A stretch of 64,000 nt of DNA. Origin: Candidatus Schekmanbacteria bacterium. GTDB lineage: Bacteria; Schekmanbacteria; GWA2-38-11; J061. The DNA lies in the NCBI GenBank assembly GCA_016219965.1, contig JACRJM010000015.1, forward strand, positions 31,857-95,856, read 5' to 3'. Shown one piece after another: positions 39,560 through 48,011 of this stretch. The translations under genes were made by a program, and so were the position numbers. Positions within the stretch are counted from its first letter, which is position 1, and every line of letters starts with the position of its first letter. The notes under the pieces are model-generated. The model saw only the letters and a list, made by a program, of their open reading frames with translations, was not told where the DNA came from and did not search any database.

Positions 39560-39679
39560 ATTCTTGGAATTTAGATTCTTCATATAAAACATACTGAGTA
39601 CTAATTGTGTTTATAGTTCATATCCCAGTCAATAGTTTTAGTTTAATTTGTCACCTGTAGCTAATAATAAAAAAAGTCG

Positions 39680-41191
39680 ATGGGAAAAAACAATAAAAAA
39701 ATTTTACTTATTACTCCCCCTTATTACAGATTATATAACAGTAGATATTCGCTCAATCGTTATCCCCTGTCATTAGGTTATTTGTCAGGAGCAATATTGG
39801 ATAATACTTCATGGGAAGTTATGACTTACAATGCTGATTTCTGTCAAGATAATGAGCAGCTGCAAGTTAGTTATTTAGCAGGAGAAGGATTTAATAATTA
39901 TCTAAAAAACATCAATGATCTGACAAGCAGCATATGGGATGAAGTTAAAGAAACGATAAGGGATTTTAATCCTTCTGTAATAGGATTATCCTGTATGACT
40001 CAGAATTTTAAGGGAGCATACAACATTGCCAAAATTGCTAAAGAACTAAATGAGGATATTCTTGTTATAGTTGGCGGTCCACATGCAAACATGTTTTTAT
40101 CGGAAGTCTTAGACTATCCTTACATTGATATATGTGCTGTCGGAGAGGGAGAGGAAACTATTGTCGAATTGTTAAATACTATTGACGGTAACAATGATTT
40201 TAATACTGTTACGGGAATTATATATAGAATAGATGGGAAGGTTGTCGTGAATCAACCGAGAGAACTTCTTAAAGATTTAGATTCTCTTTCTTTCCCTCAT
40301 AAATATGCTCATAAGGTTTTAAAAAATTATGATAGATATCCAGTCGAAGCTTTCCACAACATTTTTGCTATAAGAGGGTGTCCTTTTAACTGTATTTTTT
40401 GTGGTTCTATTTATATTTGGGGCAGAAAACCAAGATATCGTTCTATAGACAATGTAATTGAAGAGATAAGAAACCTGAGCAGAATGGGGGTTAAAAGAAT
40501 AAGCTTTGAAGATGATTCGTTCGGGATTAAAAAGTCTTATATCTTGGAGTTAGCTGAAAAAATTAATGTAAATTGCCCCAGTGTAAAATGGTCCTGCGAA
40601 ATGCACGTAAAAACCGTTACTGAAGAGATTGTGTCTGCTATGAGCGATTCTGGTTGTTGCAAAATTACATTGGGTGTTGAATCCGGGAACAACGATATTT
40701 TAAAGAAGATACGTAAAAAAAATACAATAGAAGATTGCATCCATGCGGGCAAAATTATATCGAAGTTCAATATTGAATTAGGTGCATTCTTTATGGTTGG
40801 GTTTCCATGGGAGACAGAAGAAACCCTGAAAGATACAATTAGGGCAATGAAGAAACTTAATGCTGATTATTCAGTGTATAGTATTTTTACACCATATAAA
40901 GGGTCTGAAGCTTTCAGTATCTGCAAAGATATGGGGTTGATAAGCGATGATTATGATTTTTCCATATATAATCACCAGAGTCCATTAAACTGTTTCTGTA
41001 AAAATATTTCCAAAGAAAGATTTAGAAAAATATGTTCTAAAATGGAAAGGATAAGCGATAAAAGAGGTATCTATTATCAATTAATCAAACCGTTAACATC
41101 TTTAAAAACCATCAGAAAAATTAAAAATAAAGGGCTGAAAGGAGTCATTAAAAAAGTCAGAAACTTAGCTTTAGCATCAACTAAAAAGTAA
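39680..41191 (+). CDS. B12-binding (class B) radical SAM protein, paralog of 6029-7402
   Basis: B12-binding-like N-domain (VGGPHAN, VGEGEE) and the rSAM triad GCPFNCIFC. IW-RK-RYRS, FEDD and ETEET blocks align with the paralog. Confidence 0.8.
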   Translation: MGKNNKKILLITPPYYRLYNSRYSLNRYPLSLGYLSGAILDNTSWEVMTYNADFCQDNEQLQVSYLAGEGFNNYLKNINDLTSSIWDEVKETIRDFNPSVIGLSCMTQNFKGAYNIAKIAKELNEDILVIVGGPHANMFLSEVLDYPYIDICAVGEGEETIVELLNTIDGNNDFNTVTGIIYRIDGKVVVNQPRELLKDLDSLSFPHKYAHKVLKNYDRYPVEAFHNIFAIRGCPFNCIFCGSIYIWGRKPRYRSIDNVIEEIRNLSRMGVKRISFEDDSFGIKKSYILELAEKINVNCPSVKWSCEMHVKTVTEEIVSAMSDSGCCKITLGVESGNNDILKKIRKKNTIEDCIHAGKIISKFNIELGAFFMVGFPWETEETLKDTIRAMKKLNADYSVYSIFTPYKGSEAFSICKDMGLISDDYDFSIYNHQSPLNCFCKNISKERFRKICSKMERISDKRGIYYQLIKPLTSLKTIRKIKNKGLKGVIKKVRNLALASTKK

Positions 41192-41255
41192 ACCCCTCTC
41201 GAAAACAAAATTGTTTTTTATCTCGTATTTTCTTCTATTTTAGAAATAAAGCCTT

Positions 41256-44075
41256 TTACATTCCGTTGAGCAGTTTTCTTACTTCATCTAATTCAGGAAA
41301 ATTTGTTGACAGACTAAGGGCTTTTTGAAATTCAGATTTCGCCCTGCTTTTATCTCCTTCACGCATATAAGCTAAGCCCATATGATAATGAATTGTTGGG
41401 TCATCGGGAACAAGTTTTAAGGCTTCCTGGAACTTTTCTTTGGATTCTTTAATCATTCCTTTTTTAAAGTATACCCAGCCTAATGTATCAATGACCCCTC
41501 CGTTATTTGGAGCCAGTTTTACGGCTTTTTGAGCCATACTTACTGCTTCATTCATATTCTTTCCAGTTTCTGCATATACCCATGCAAGGTTATTTTGAGC
41601 AAGGGGAATATCCGGAGATATTTTTATTGCTTCGTTGTAGTTTAAAATGGACTTGTCAAAATTTTTCTGGGTTTGATAAATTGATCCAAGCTTAGTATAT
41701 ATATCAGCTCGTATTAATTGCAGTTCCTTATCACTGTTTTTAGGAATTAACTCTAACGCTTTATTGTAATGATTAATAGCTTCATCTCTGTTGCTGCGTT
41801 TCATAGATAGTTCTGCAAGATTGATTGCAGGGAGTGGTGATTTCGGAAATTGAGCTGAAGCTTTTTCTAGGATTCCCATGGCATTAGCATAATCCCCTTT
41901 TTCCGAGTAAATTTTGCTTTGAAGTGTATAAGGTAACAAAGAATTTATTTTAGGACCTTGAACTGCTTTTGCAATCTGAAGGGCTTCGTCGAAACGTTTG
42001 AGCGATGTCAATAATGATATTTTCTGAACTTTTATTTCTACTGAATCCGGGGATTTTGTAAGGGCTTTATCTATCTGCTCAAGCGCCTGATTAAAGTCCT
42101 TCTTAACAGCATAAAGAGAAGCCAGTCTAAGATAACCAAGGGGTTTATCTGGCTGTAAGGATATTATCTTTTGATATGTTTGTTCTGCTTCATCCATTTT
42201 TTTATTTTTTACATAGAATGATGCTAAATAGTCATAACCAGCAATAGCCTTCTCATCACTTTTTATCATTCTTTCAGCAGTTTCTTTAAGCTTATCATCC
42301 TGATTTGACTTTGCATATATACTTGCCAGATCAGCAAGCAATACATTATTGGCGGCAGTCTGCTTGATTCCGTTTTCAAGTATATCTATTGCCTGCTTGG
42401 TGTTCTCCTTCTGGAGGCTCAGTGCTGCAAGTCTCTTTATTAAACCTATATTAGCAGGTGATTTAGCAAGTGCTTTACTAAGAATGTTTTCAGCTTTTCC
42501 TATGTCCTGTTGTTTTATATAGATTGTAGACAAGTTAATGTAAGATGAAATAACATCAGGCGATTTCCCAATAGCTGTCTGATAAATATCTATTGCTTTA
42601 GCAGGCTCGTTTTTTCCAAAATAGGCAGAACCCAATAGATTCAACAAAGTAGGATTATCTTTAGAGCGTTTTAATCCTTCTTGGCACTCTGATATTGCCT
42701 TATCATACTGTTGTGATTGTAAATAATAAGCAATAATTGTAATTCTTGCATCTAGAAAATTCGGATTTACCTCAAGTGCTTTTTCAAATTCACTAATAGC
42801 ATTATCATTTTTCCCGGTTGATGCATAAAACTTTCCAAGGTTCAAATAAGATGGAGCAAATTCCGGATTGATTTCTATGGCTTTAGATAATTCCTTCTCA
42901 GCTTTGTCAAATTGTTTTGTCTGGGCATATGCCTGGGCAAGAGTAGCGTAAGCCAGAGGATTATCAGGTGCAGACTGTGCTATTTTCTGGAATTCCTGGA
43001 GGGCTTCATCATTCCATCCCTGTTTCAGATAAAGCGTACCTAAATAAAGATTGGCCAAAGTAAAAGACGGTTTTATTCTCAATACTGTCTTTAATTCAGT
43101 TATTGCCTGCTGCATGTTGCCCTTTTCCGCTTGCGCCAAAGCGAAATAAAATCTTGCTTCAGCGAATCCGGGTCCTTTTTTTACAGATTGTTCTAATTCT
43201 GAAAACGCAGCATCAATTTTGCCCTGTCTAAGACGGGCAACTCCCTTAAGGTAATTTCCTCCTGCAAGCTTAAAGTCTATTTTGTTGAGGGTTTCCCCCT
43301 CCTCGATCGCTGCATCAAATTTTTTCTGGTCTAAATAAAGTGAACCTAGAAGAAAACGTGTGTCATAGTGATTAGGATTAATCTGTAAGGCCTTTTTAAA
43401 AGTTTGTTCGGCGTTTGTATAATCTTTTTTCTGAATATAGAAGTTTGCTAAGCTTAATATTCCCTCAAAGTCCTTTGGGGCTAATTCCAGAGATTTTTTG
43501 TAGAAGGCTTCTGCTTCATCAAATTTCTTTTCGCGCATATATAGATGCCCCCTGCTTATGTAAACCTTAGAAAAGGCAGGGTCCATTTGAATGACCTGCT
43601 TGAAATATGAATCTGCTTTATCGAAATCATTTTTTGCTGTCCAGGCCATTCCTATAGCATTTAAACACTGTTTGTTATTAGGATCTTTTTTTATTAAACT
43701 TTCCAGACTTTTCAGTGCATCGTCCGCTTTCCCTCTGCTCAAATTTATAAGTCCCATTTGCAACAGAAGATCATTGTTTTCAAACTTAAGTCCATTTGCT
43801 TTTTCAAACTGTTCGAGTGCTTTATCGTACTCCCGTCTCCCCATGTACGATTTTCCGAGATAATACAATGTCTCTCCAGACTGGGGGTCAATTTTTAATG
43901 CATTCTTAAGTTCAATTATGGCTCCGTTATATTCTTCTTTTTCAATTAAGCTCTTGGCTTTGATTATATGTTTTTCAATTTTTTCTTTTGGACTTTGGCA
44001 GGAAGTTAGTATAAATAGTGTTAGCAGTATATTCACAGAAAGAAATGAGAAACGGAATATGGCTGATTTTTTCAT
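41256..44075 (-). CDS. prsT: PEP-CTERM system TPR-repeat lipoprotein PrsT
   Basis: 939 aa with a lipoprotein signal (LTSC lipobox) and more than 20 TPR repeats. Size and neighbourhood match PrsT. Confidence 0.75.
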   Translation of the reverse strand: MKKSAIFRFSFLSVNILLTLFILTSCQSPKEKIEKHIIKAKSLIEKEEYNGAIIELKNALKIDPQSGETLYYLGKSYMGRREYDKALEQFEKANGLKFENNDLLLQMGLINLSRGKADDALKSLESLIKKDPNNKQCLNAIGMAWTAKNDFDKADSYFKQVIQMDPAFSKVYISRGHLYMREKKFDEAEAFYKKSLELAPKDFEGILSLANFYIQKKDYTNAEQTFKKALQINPNHYDTRFLLGSLYLDQKKFDAAIEEGETLNKIDFKLAGGNYLKGVARLRQGKIDAAFSELEQSVKKGPGFAEARFYFALAQAEKGNMQQAITELKTVLRIKPSFTLANLYLGTLYLKQGWNDEALQEFQKIAQSAPDNPLAYATLAQAYAQTKQFDKAEKELSKAIEINPEFAPSYLNLGKFYASTGKNDNAISEFEKALEVNPNFLDARITIIAYYLQSQQYDKAISECQEGLKRSKDNPTLLNLLGSAYFGKNEPAKAIDIYQTAIGKSPDVISSYINLSTIYIKQQDIGKAENILSKALAKSPANIGLIKRLAALSLQKENTKQAIDILENGIKQTAANNVLLADLASIYAKSNQDDKLKETAERMIKSDEKAIAGYDYLASFYVKNKKMDEAEQTYQKIISLQPDKPLGYLRLASLYAVKKDFNQALEQIDKALTKSPDSVEIKVQKISLLTSLKRFDEALQIAKAVQGPKINSLLPYTLQSKIYSEKGDYANAMGILEKASAQFPKSPLPAINLAELSMKRSNRDEAINHYNKALELIPKNSDKELQLIRADIYTKLGSIYQTQKNFDKSILNYNEAIKISPDIPLAQNNLAWVYAETGKNMNEAVSMAQKAVKLAPNNGGVIDTLGWVYFKKGMIKESKEKFQEALKLVPDDPTIHYHMGLAYMREGDKSRAKSEFQKALSLSTNFPELDEVRKLLNGM

Positions 44076-44255
44076 TTATTTCTCCGCAATAGGGTTAATT
44101 TAACTTAGTATTATGAAACCGAAAGTTATAGAGTTCAATTTTCTTTGTCAAGATTACTTTTTATATTTTTGTTCATATTATTTTACCACATAACTGGTTT
44201 ATAATTTACTTATTAATTATGAATAATGAGTGCATTTCACTTGGTCTGCTATCGG

Positions 44256-44287
44256 GTTAGCGAGCGAATATAATTAAATGACAAAAT
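44256..44287 (+). repeat. Copy B of the 32-nt repeated element, overlapping the start codon of the histidine kinase gene
   Basis: GTTAGCGAGCGAAT ataattaa ATGACAAAAT; the ATG at 44278 is the annotated start of the kinase. See copy A. Confidence 0.5.
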
Positions 44288-45522
44288 CCATAGATATGAA
44301 TAATCCCCCAACTTCCGCTACGAGCGTTTCAAATGGATCATCTGAAAAAAATAATCTATTTTATGAAAAAGAGTTTGTAAGAAGAATTTTCACCATTCTT
44401 TTCCTGCTCGTCGGAGTAACTACAATACATTATACTACTCCGTTAGCTTTTACACAGTATCATTATGTTTTTGCCAGAATGTACTATATCCCAATAATAC
44501 TTGGCTCCTTCTGGTATGGTCTGAAAGGAGGGTTCATAGTATCATTTTGTTCGGCAGTACTTTATGGCCCTCATATTTTCTTCCAATGGCGGACAGCCGG
44601 CATGGGCACATTAAACGAATACCTTGAGATAGCGATTTATATGGCTGTAGGTATTGTTACAGGTTTTATGGCTGATCAGGAGAAAGTTCTGAGATTTAAG
44701 TATCAGAAGGCTGCTGATGACCTTGAGAAATCCTATGAAAAACTTAAGGAGCAGGCAAGACAGCTCCTTGAAAAAGAACAGCAACTTATACGAGCAGACA
44801 GACTTGCCACTATGGGGGAGCTTGCTGCAAGTTTAACCCATGAGGTTAGAAATCCTCTCGGCTCAATATTGGGGAGTGCGGAGATACTTAAGGATGACTA
44901 TAAACCGGGTGACGTGAAATATGAGTTTCTTGAAATAATGATAAAAGAAGCCAACAGGTTAGACAGAGTAATTAATAACTTTTTGTCATTTGCACGGTCT
45001 AACAAACCTGATATCAAGGAATTTGATATTAATTCCTCGATCCTTGACATAAAGGAACTTGTGGAAATTGGAGCTGCTAAAAAAGGTATAACCATCAACA
45101 CAAACCTTGATGGCAAAATAGGGAAAATCAATGCCGACGAAGAGCAGATAAAACAAGCTATTTTAAATGTTCTTTTAAACTCCATCCAGGCCATGGATAA
45201 AAATGGGAGAATCACTATTTCCACGTTCCAAGAAAGCAGCGGGACCTCTGCAAGAGATTTATCTGAACAGGAAATTACAGTCGGGAAAATGCCTGCTGTG
45301 CAATGTGTCAATATATCGTTTACCGATAATGGCTCAGGTATAATTCCGGAAAACATGGAAAAAATCTTCAATCCTTTTTTTACTACAAGAGAGAACGGCA
45401 CTGGATTGGGACTTTCCATAACACGAAGAATAATAGAAAATCATAGAGGTTCTATTCATGTGCAGTCAAGAGTGAATGAGGGTACTACTTTTGTTATTAA
45501 ACTTCCTCTCAGGGAATTTTGA
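44278..45522 (+). CDS. Sensor histidine kinase (four-TM N-terminus, HisKA + HATPase; NtrB/AtoS-like)
   Basis: H-box LTHEVRNPLGSI and ATPase boxes (NLDGKIGK..., DNGSGI, GTGLGLSI). The true start may be the Met at 44296. Confidence 0.75.
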   Translation: MTKSIDMNNPPTSATSVSNGSSEKNNLFYEKEFVRRIFTILFLLVGVTTIHYTTPLAFTQYHYVFARMYYIPIILGSFWYGLKGGFIVSFCSAVLYGPHIFFQWRTAGMGTLNEYLEIAIYMAVGIVTGFMADQEKVLRFKYQKAADDLEKSYEKLKEQARQLLEKEQQLIRADRLATMGELAASLTHEVRNPLGSILGSAEILKDDYKPGDVKYEFLEIMIKEANRLDRVINNFLSFARSNKPDIKEFDINSSILDIKELVEIGAAKKGITINTNLDGKIGKINADEEQIKQAILNVLLNSIQAMDKNGRITISTFQESSGTSARDLSEQEITVGKMPAVQCVNISFTDNGSGIIPENMEKIFNPFFTTRENGTGLGLSITRRIIENHRGSIHVQSRVNEGTTFVIKLPLREF

Positions 45523-46889
45523 AAATGGATAATTCTGACATAAAGATATTGTTGATTGATGATGACGACAGTCTGAGGAGGGTTATAGAACATAATCTTT
45601 GCGAAGAAGGATATAAAGTTATTTCAGCTTCCGGAGGCAGTGCCGGAATAAAAATCCTGATGGAGAGCGAGTTTGACATAGTAATTACTGATTTGAAGAT
45701 GCCTGACATTGACGGCATGGAAGTTCTCGGGACTGTTAAATCCCATAATAAGGATATACCGGTTATTATGATAACTGCATTTGGCACCATAGAACAGGCA
45801 GTCGCTGCATTAAAATCCGGAGCTTTCGATTATCTTACTAAACCTTTTAACCGCGACGAACTTAAAATAACTGTAAAAAAGGCACTTGAACTTAGAAGCC
45901 TGCGCGGTGAGAATTTAAGGCTGAAGGCTGAGCTTTCAGGAAAATTCAGTTTTGATTCGCTTATCTATGGAAGCCCTGTTATGAACGATATAGTTGAACT
46001 GCTCCGTAAGGTGTCTTATTCAGATTCAACTGTAATGCTTCTCGGGGAGAGTGGGACAGGAAAAGAACTTATAGCAAAAGCCATTCACTACAACAGCCCG
46101 AGAAACAAGGGGCCATTTGTGATAGTAAACTGCGCTGCTATACCTGATGAACTTTTGGAAAGCGAGCTTTTCGGACATTCTAAAGGTGCCTTTACCGGAG
46201 CTTACAGCGAAAAAAAAGGAAAGTTTGAATATGCAGATTCAGGGACAATTTTTCTCGATGAAATTGGGGATCTGAAACCTTCCCTGCAGGCAAAGCTGCT
46301 TCGTGTATTGCAGGAAAAAAAAATAGACAAGGTCGGCAGCTCCGTACAGGTTGATGTTGATGTGAGGATAATTTCTGCGACTAACAGGGATTTAAAAAAA
46401 ATGATTTCAGATAGTTTGTTCCGGGAGGATCTGTTCTACCGTCTCAGCGTAATTCCGGTAAGGATTCCGCCTTTGCGTGAAAGAAGGGACGATATCCCTC
46501 TCTTGCTGGACTATTTTATTAAGAAAAACAGCAAACAAAGAAAGCTTGTGGTAACTTCGGAAGCCCTTGCAATACTAACTAATTACAGCTGGAGAGGGAA
46601 TGTAAGAGAGTTAGAAAATCTCATTGAAAGGCTTACTGTCATTAAAAGTGATTCCACTATAATACCAGCGGATCTGCCCGAAGAAATGACTTCATGTTCA
46701 TCTGTTGCAGGAGGTGTTATTTGTGCTTTACCTGAAGAAGGACTTTCTCTCGATGAACTGGAGCGGGATATTATTTTAAAAGCCCTTGAAAAAAATGAAT
46801 GGAATCAGTCAAAGGCAGCGAAATATTTGGATATGACCAGGCCTACGCTTATATACCGTATGGAAAAATATAATATTAAAAAACCTTAA
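45519..46889 (+). CDS. Sigma-54-dependent response regulator (NtrC family: REC-AAA+-HTH)
   Basis: REC (DLKMPDIDG), GESGTGKE, GAFTGA, ESELFGH and a C-terminal Fis-type HTH. Overlaps the kinase stop by 4 nt. Confidence 0.85.
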   Translation: MKMDNSDIKILLIDDDDSLRRVIEHNLCEEGYKVISASGGSAGIKILMESEFDIVITDLKMPDIDGMEVLGTVKSHNKDIPVIMITAFGTIEQAVAALKSGAFDYLTKPFNRDELKITVKKALELRSLRGENLRLKAELSGKFSFDSLIYGSPVMNDIVELLRKVSYSDSTVMLLGESGTGKELIAKAIHYNSPRNKGPFVIVNCAAIPDELLESELFGHSKGAFTGAYSEKKGKFEYADSGTIFLDEIGDLKPSLQAKLLRVLQEKKIDKVGSSVQVDVDVRIISATNRDLKKMISDSLFREDLFYRLSVIPVRIPPLRERRDDIPLLLDYFIKKNSKQRKLVVTSEALAILTNYSWRGNVRELENLIERLTVIKSDSTIIPADLPEEMTSCSSVAGGVICALPEEGLSLDELERDIILKALEKNEWNQSKAAKYLDMTRPTLIYRMEKYNIKKP

Positions 46890-47478
46890 AGTTTTTTACC
46901 TGTTTGAAAGTTTTTCTATGGATTTCGCAGGGACCAATCTCCATTATTTTCATGATATGTTCTTTTGTAGGATAGCCTTTATGCCTGTCAAAGCCATACT
47001 GCGGGTATAAGGTATGCATCTCCATCATGAACTTGTCCCTTGTCACTTTTGCAAGGATAGAAGCAGCCGCTATAGAATAGCTCTGTGCATCTCCCTTTAT
47101 TATAGTTTTCTGAGGTATTGAAGAATCTATTGCAACTATACCGTCTATTAAAAGGTAATCAGGTATCTGGTTTAAACCTTTAACCGCTTTTTCCATGGCA
47201 AGCTTTGAAGCCTGCAAAATATTTATTTCATCTATTATTTTTTCATCAACTTCTGAAATAGAATAGGAAAGAGCTGTTCCAATGATCTTGTTAAAAAGAT
47301 AATCTCTTTTTGAAGAAGAAAGTTTTTTTGAATCGTTAAGACCTTCTATGCGATGATCCGCAGGAAGTATAACGGCTGCTGCATGCACCGGACCGGCAAG
47401 CGGACCTCTACCGGCTTCATCTATTCCGGCAATAAATCTAAAGCCCTTGCAGAACCCTTCTTTTTCGAACAGGTCCAT
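46876..47478 (-). CDS. rnhB: Ribonuclease HII
   Basis: GIDEAGRGPLAGPV catalytic motif and ~200 aa length. Confidence 0.85.
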   Translation of the reverse strand: MDLFEKEGFCKGFRFIAGIDEAGRGPLAGPVHAAAVILPADHRIEGLNDSKKLSSSKRDYLFNKIIGTALSYSISEVDEKIIDEINILQASKLAMEKAVKGLNQIPDYLLIDGIVAIDSSIPQKTIIKGDAQSYSIAAASILAKVTRDKFMMEMHTLYPQYGFDRHKGYPTKEHIMKIMEIGPCEIHRKTFKQVKNFKVF

Positions 47479-47495
47479 TAAGGTATCAGGTTATA

Positions 47496-47840
47496 TTATT
47501 TCTGCTCTTGAACCTTGGCTGCTTTGCCAAATTTACTGCGAAGATAATAGAGTTTTGCCCGCTTTACGACACCTTTTTTGGAGATCGTGATTTTTTGCAG
47601 AAGCGGTGAAAAAACCGGGAATATTCTTTCTACACCGATACCGTTTGATATCTTTCTGACGGTAATAGTTGACCTGGGACCCTTGTTCTTTATGGCAATT
47701 ATAGTTCCTTCGAATACCTGTATCCTCTCCTTGTCACCTTCAAGGATTTTAAAGTGGACCTTTACTGTATCGCCAGGTGTATACTGCGGATAATCTTTAG
47801 AATATTTTTCACCTGTAAACTGATCAATCGTTTCAAACAT
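47496..47840 (-). CDS. rplS: 50S ribosomal protein L19
   Basis: 114 aa, conserved bL19 sequence (GDTVKVHFKI.EG.KERIQ.FEG..I, KRAKLYYLR). Confidence 0.9.
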   Translation of the reverse strand: MFETIDQFTGEKYSKDYPQYTPGDTVKVHFKILEGDKERIQVFEGTIIAIKNKGPRSTITVRKISNGIGVERIFPVFSPLLQKITISKKGVVKRAKLYYLRSKFGKAAKVQEQK

Positions 47841-48011
47841 GATTTAAGTCTCCTGAAAAACTGAAAAACATATGTAATCTAACGCCAGATGTTTGTCAAA
47901 TAAATTATTATTACTTTTTCAGTATTATTTAAAAAGTGACAACAAAAAAAAATTAATGTATTTTCTTACTTTATTCAATAAATTGTAGATGAATAGCAAA
48001 GCGAGGTACTC

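Noticed and set aside
44076-44277. Sigma-54 promoter upstream of the second histidine kinase (TTGGTC...GGGTTAGC)
   Set aside because: The spacing between the GG and GC elements does not fit the 10-nt rule, and the TGGCAC core is absent.
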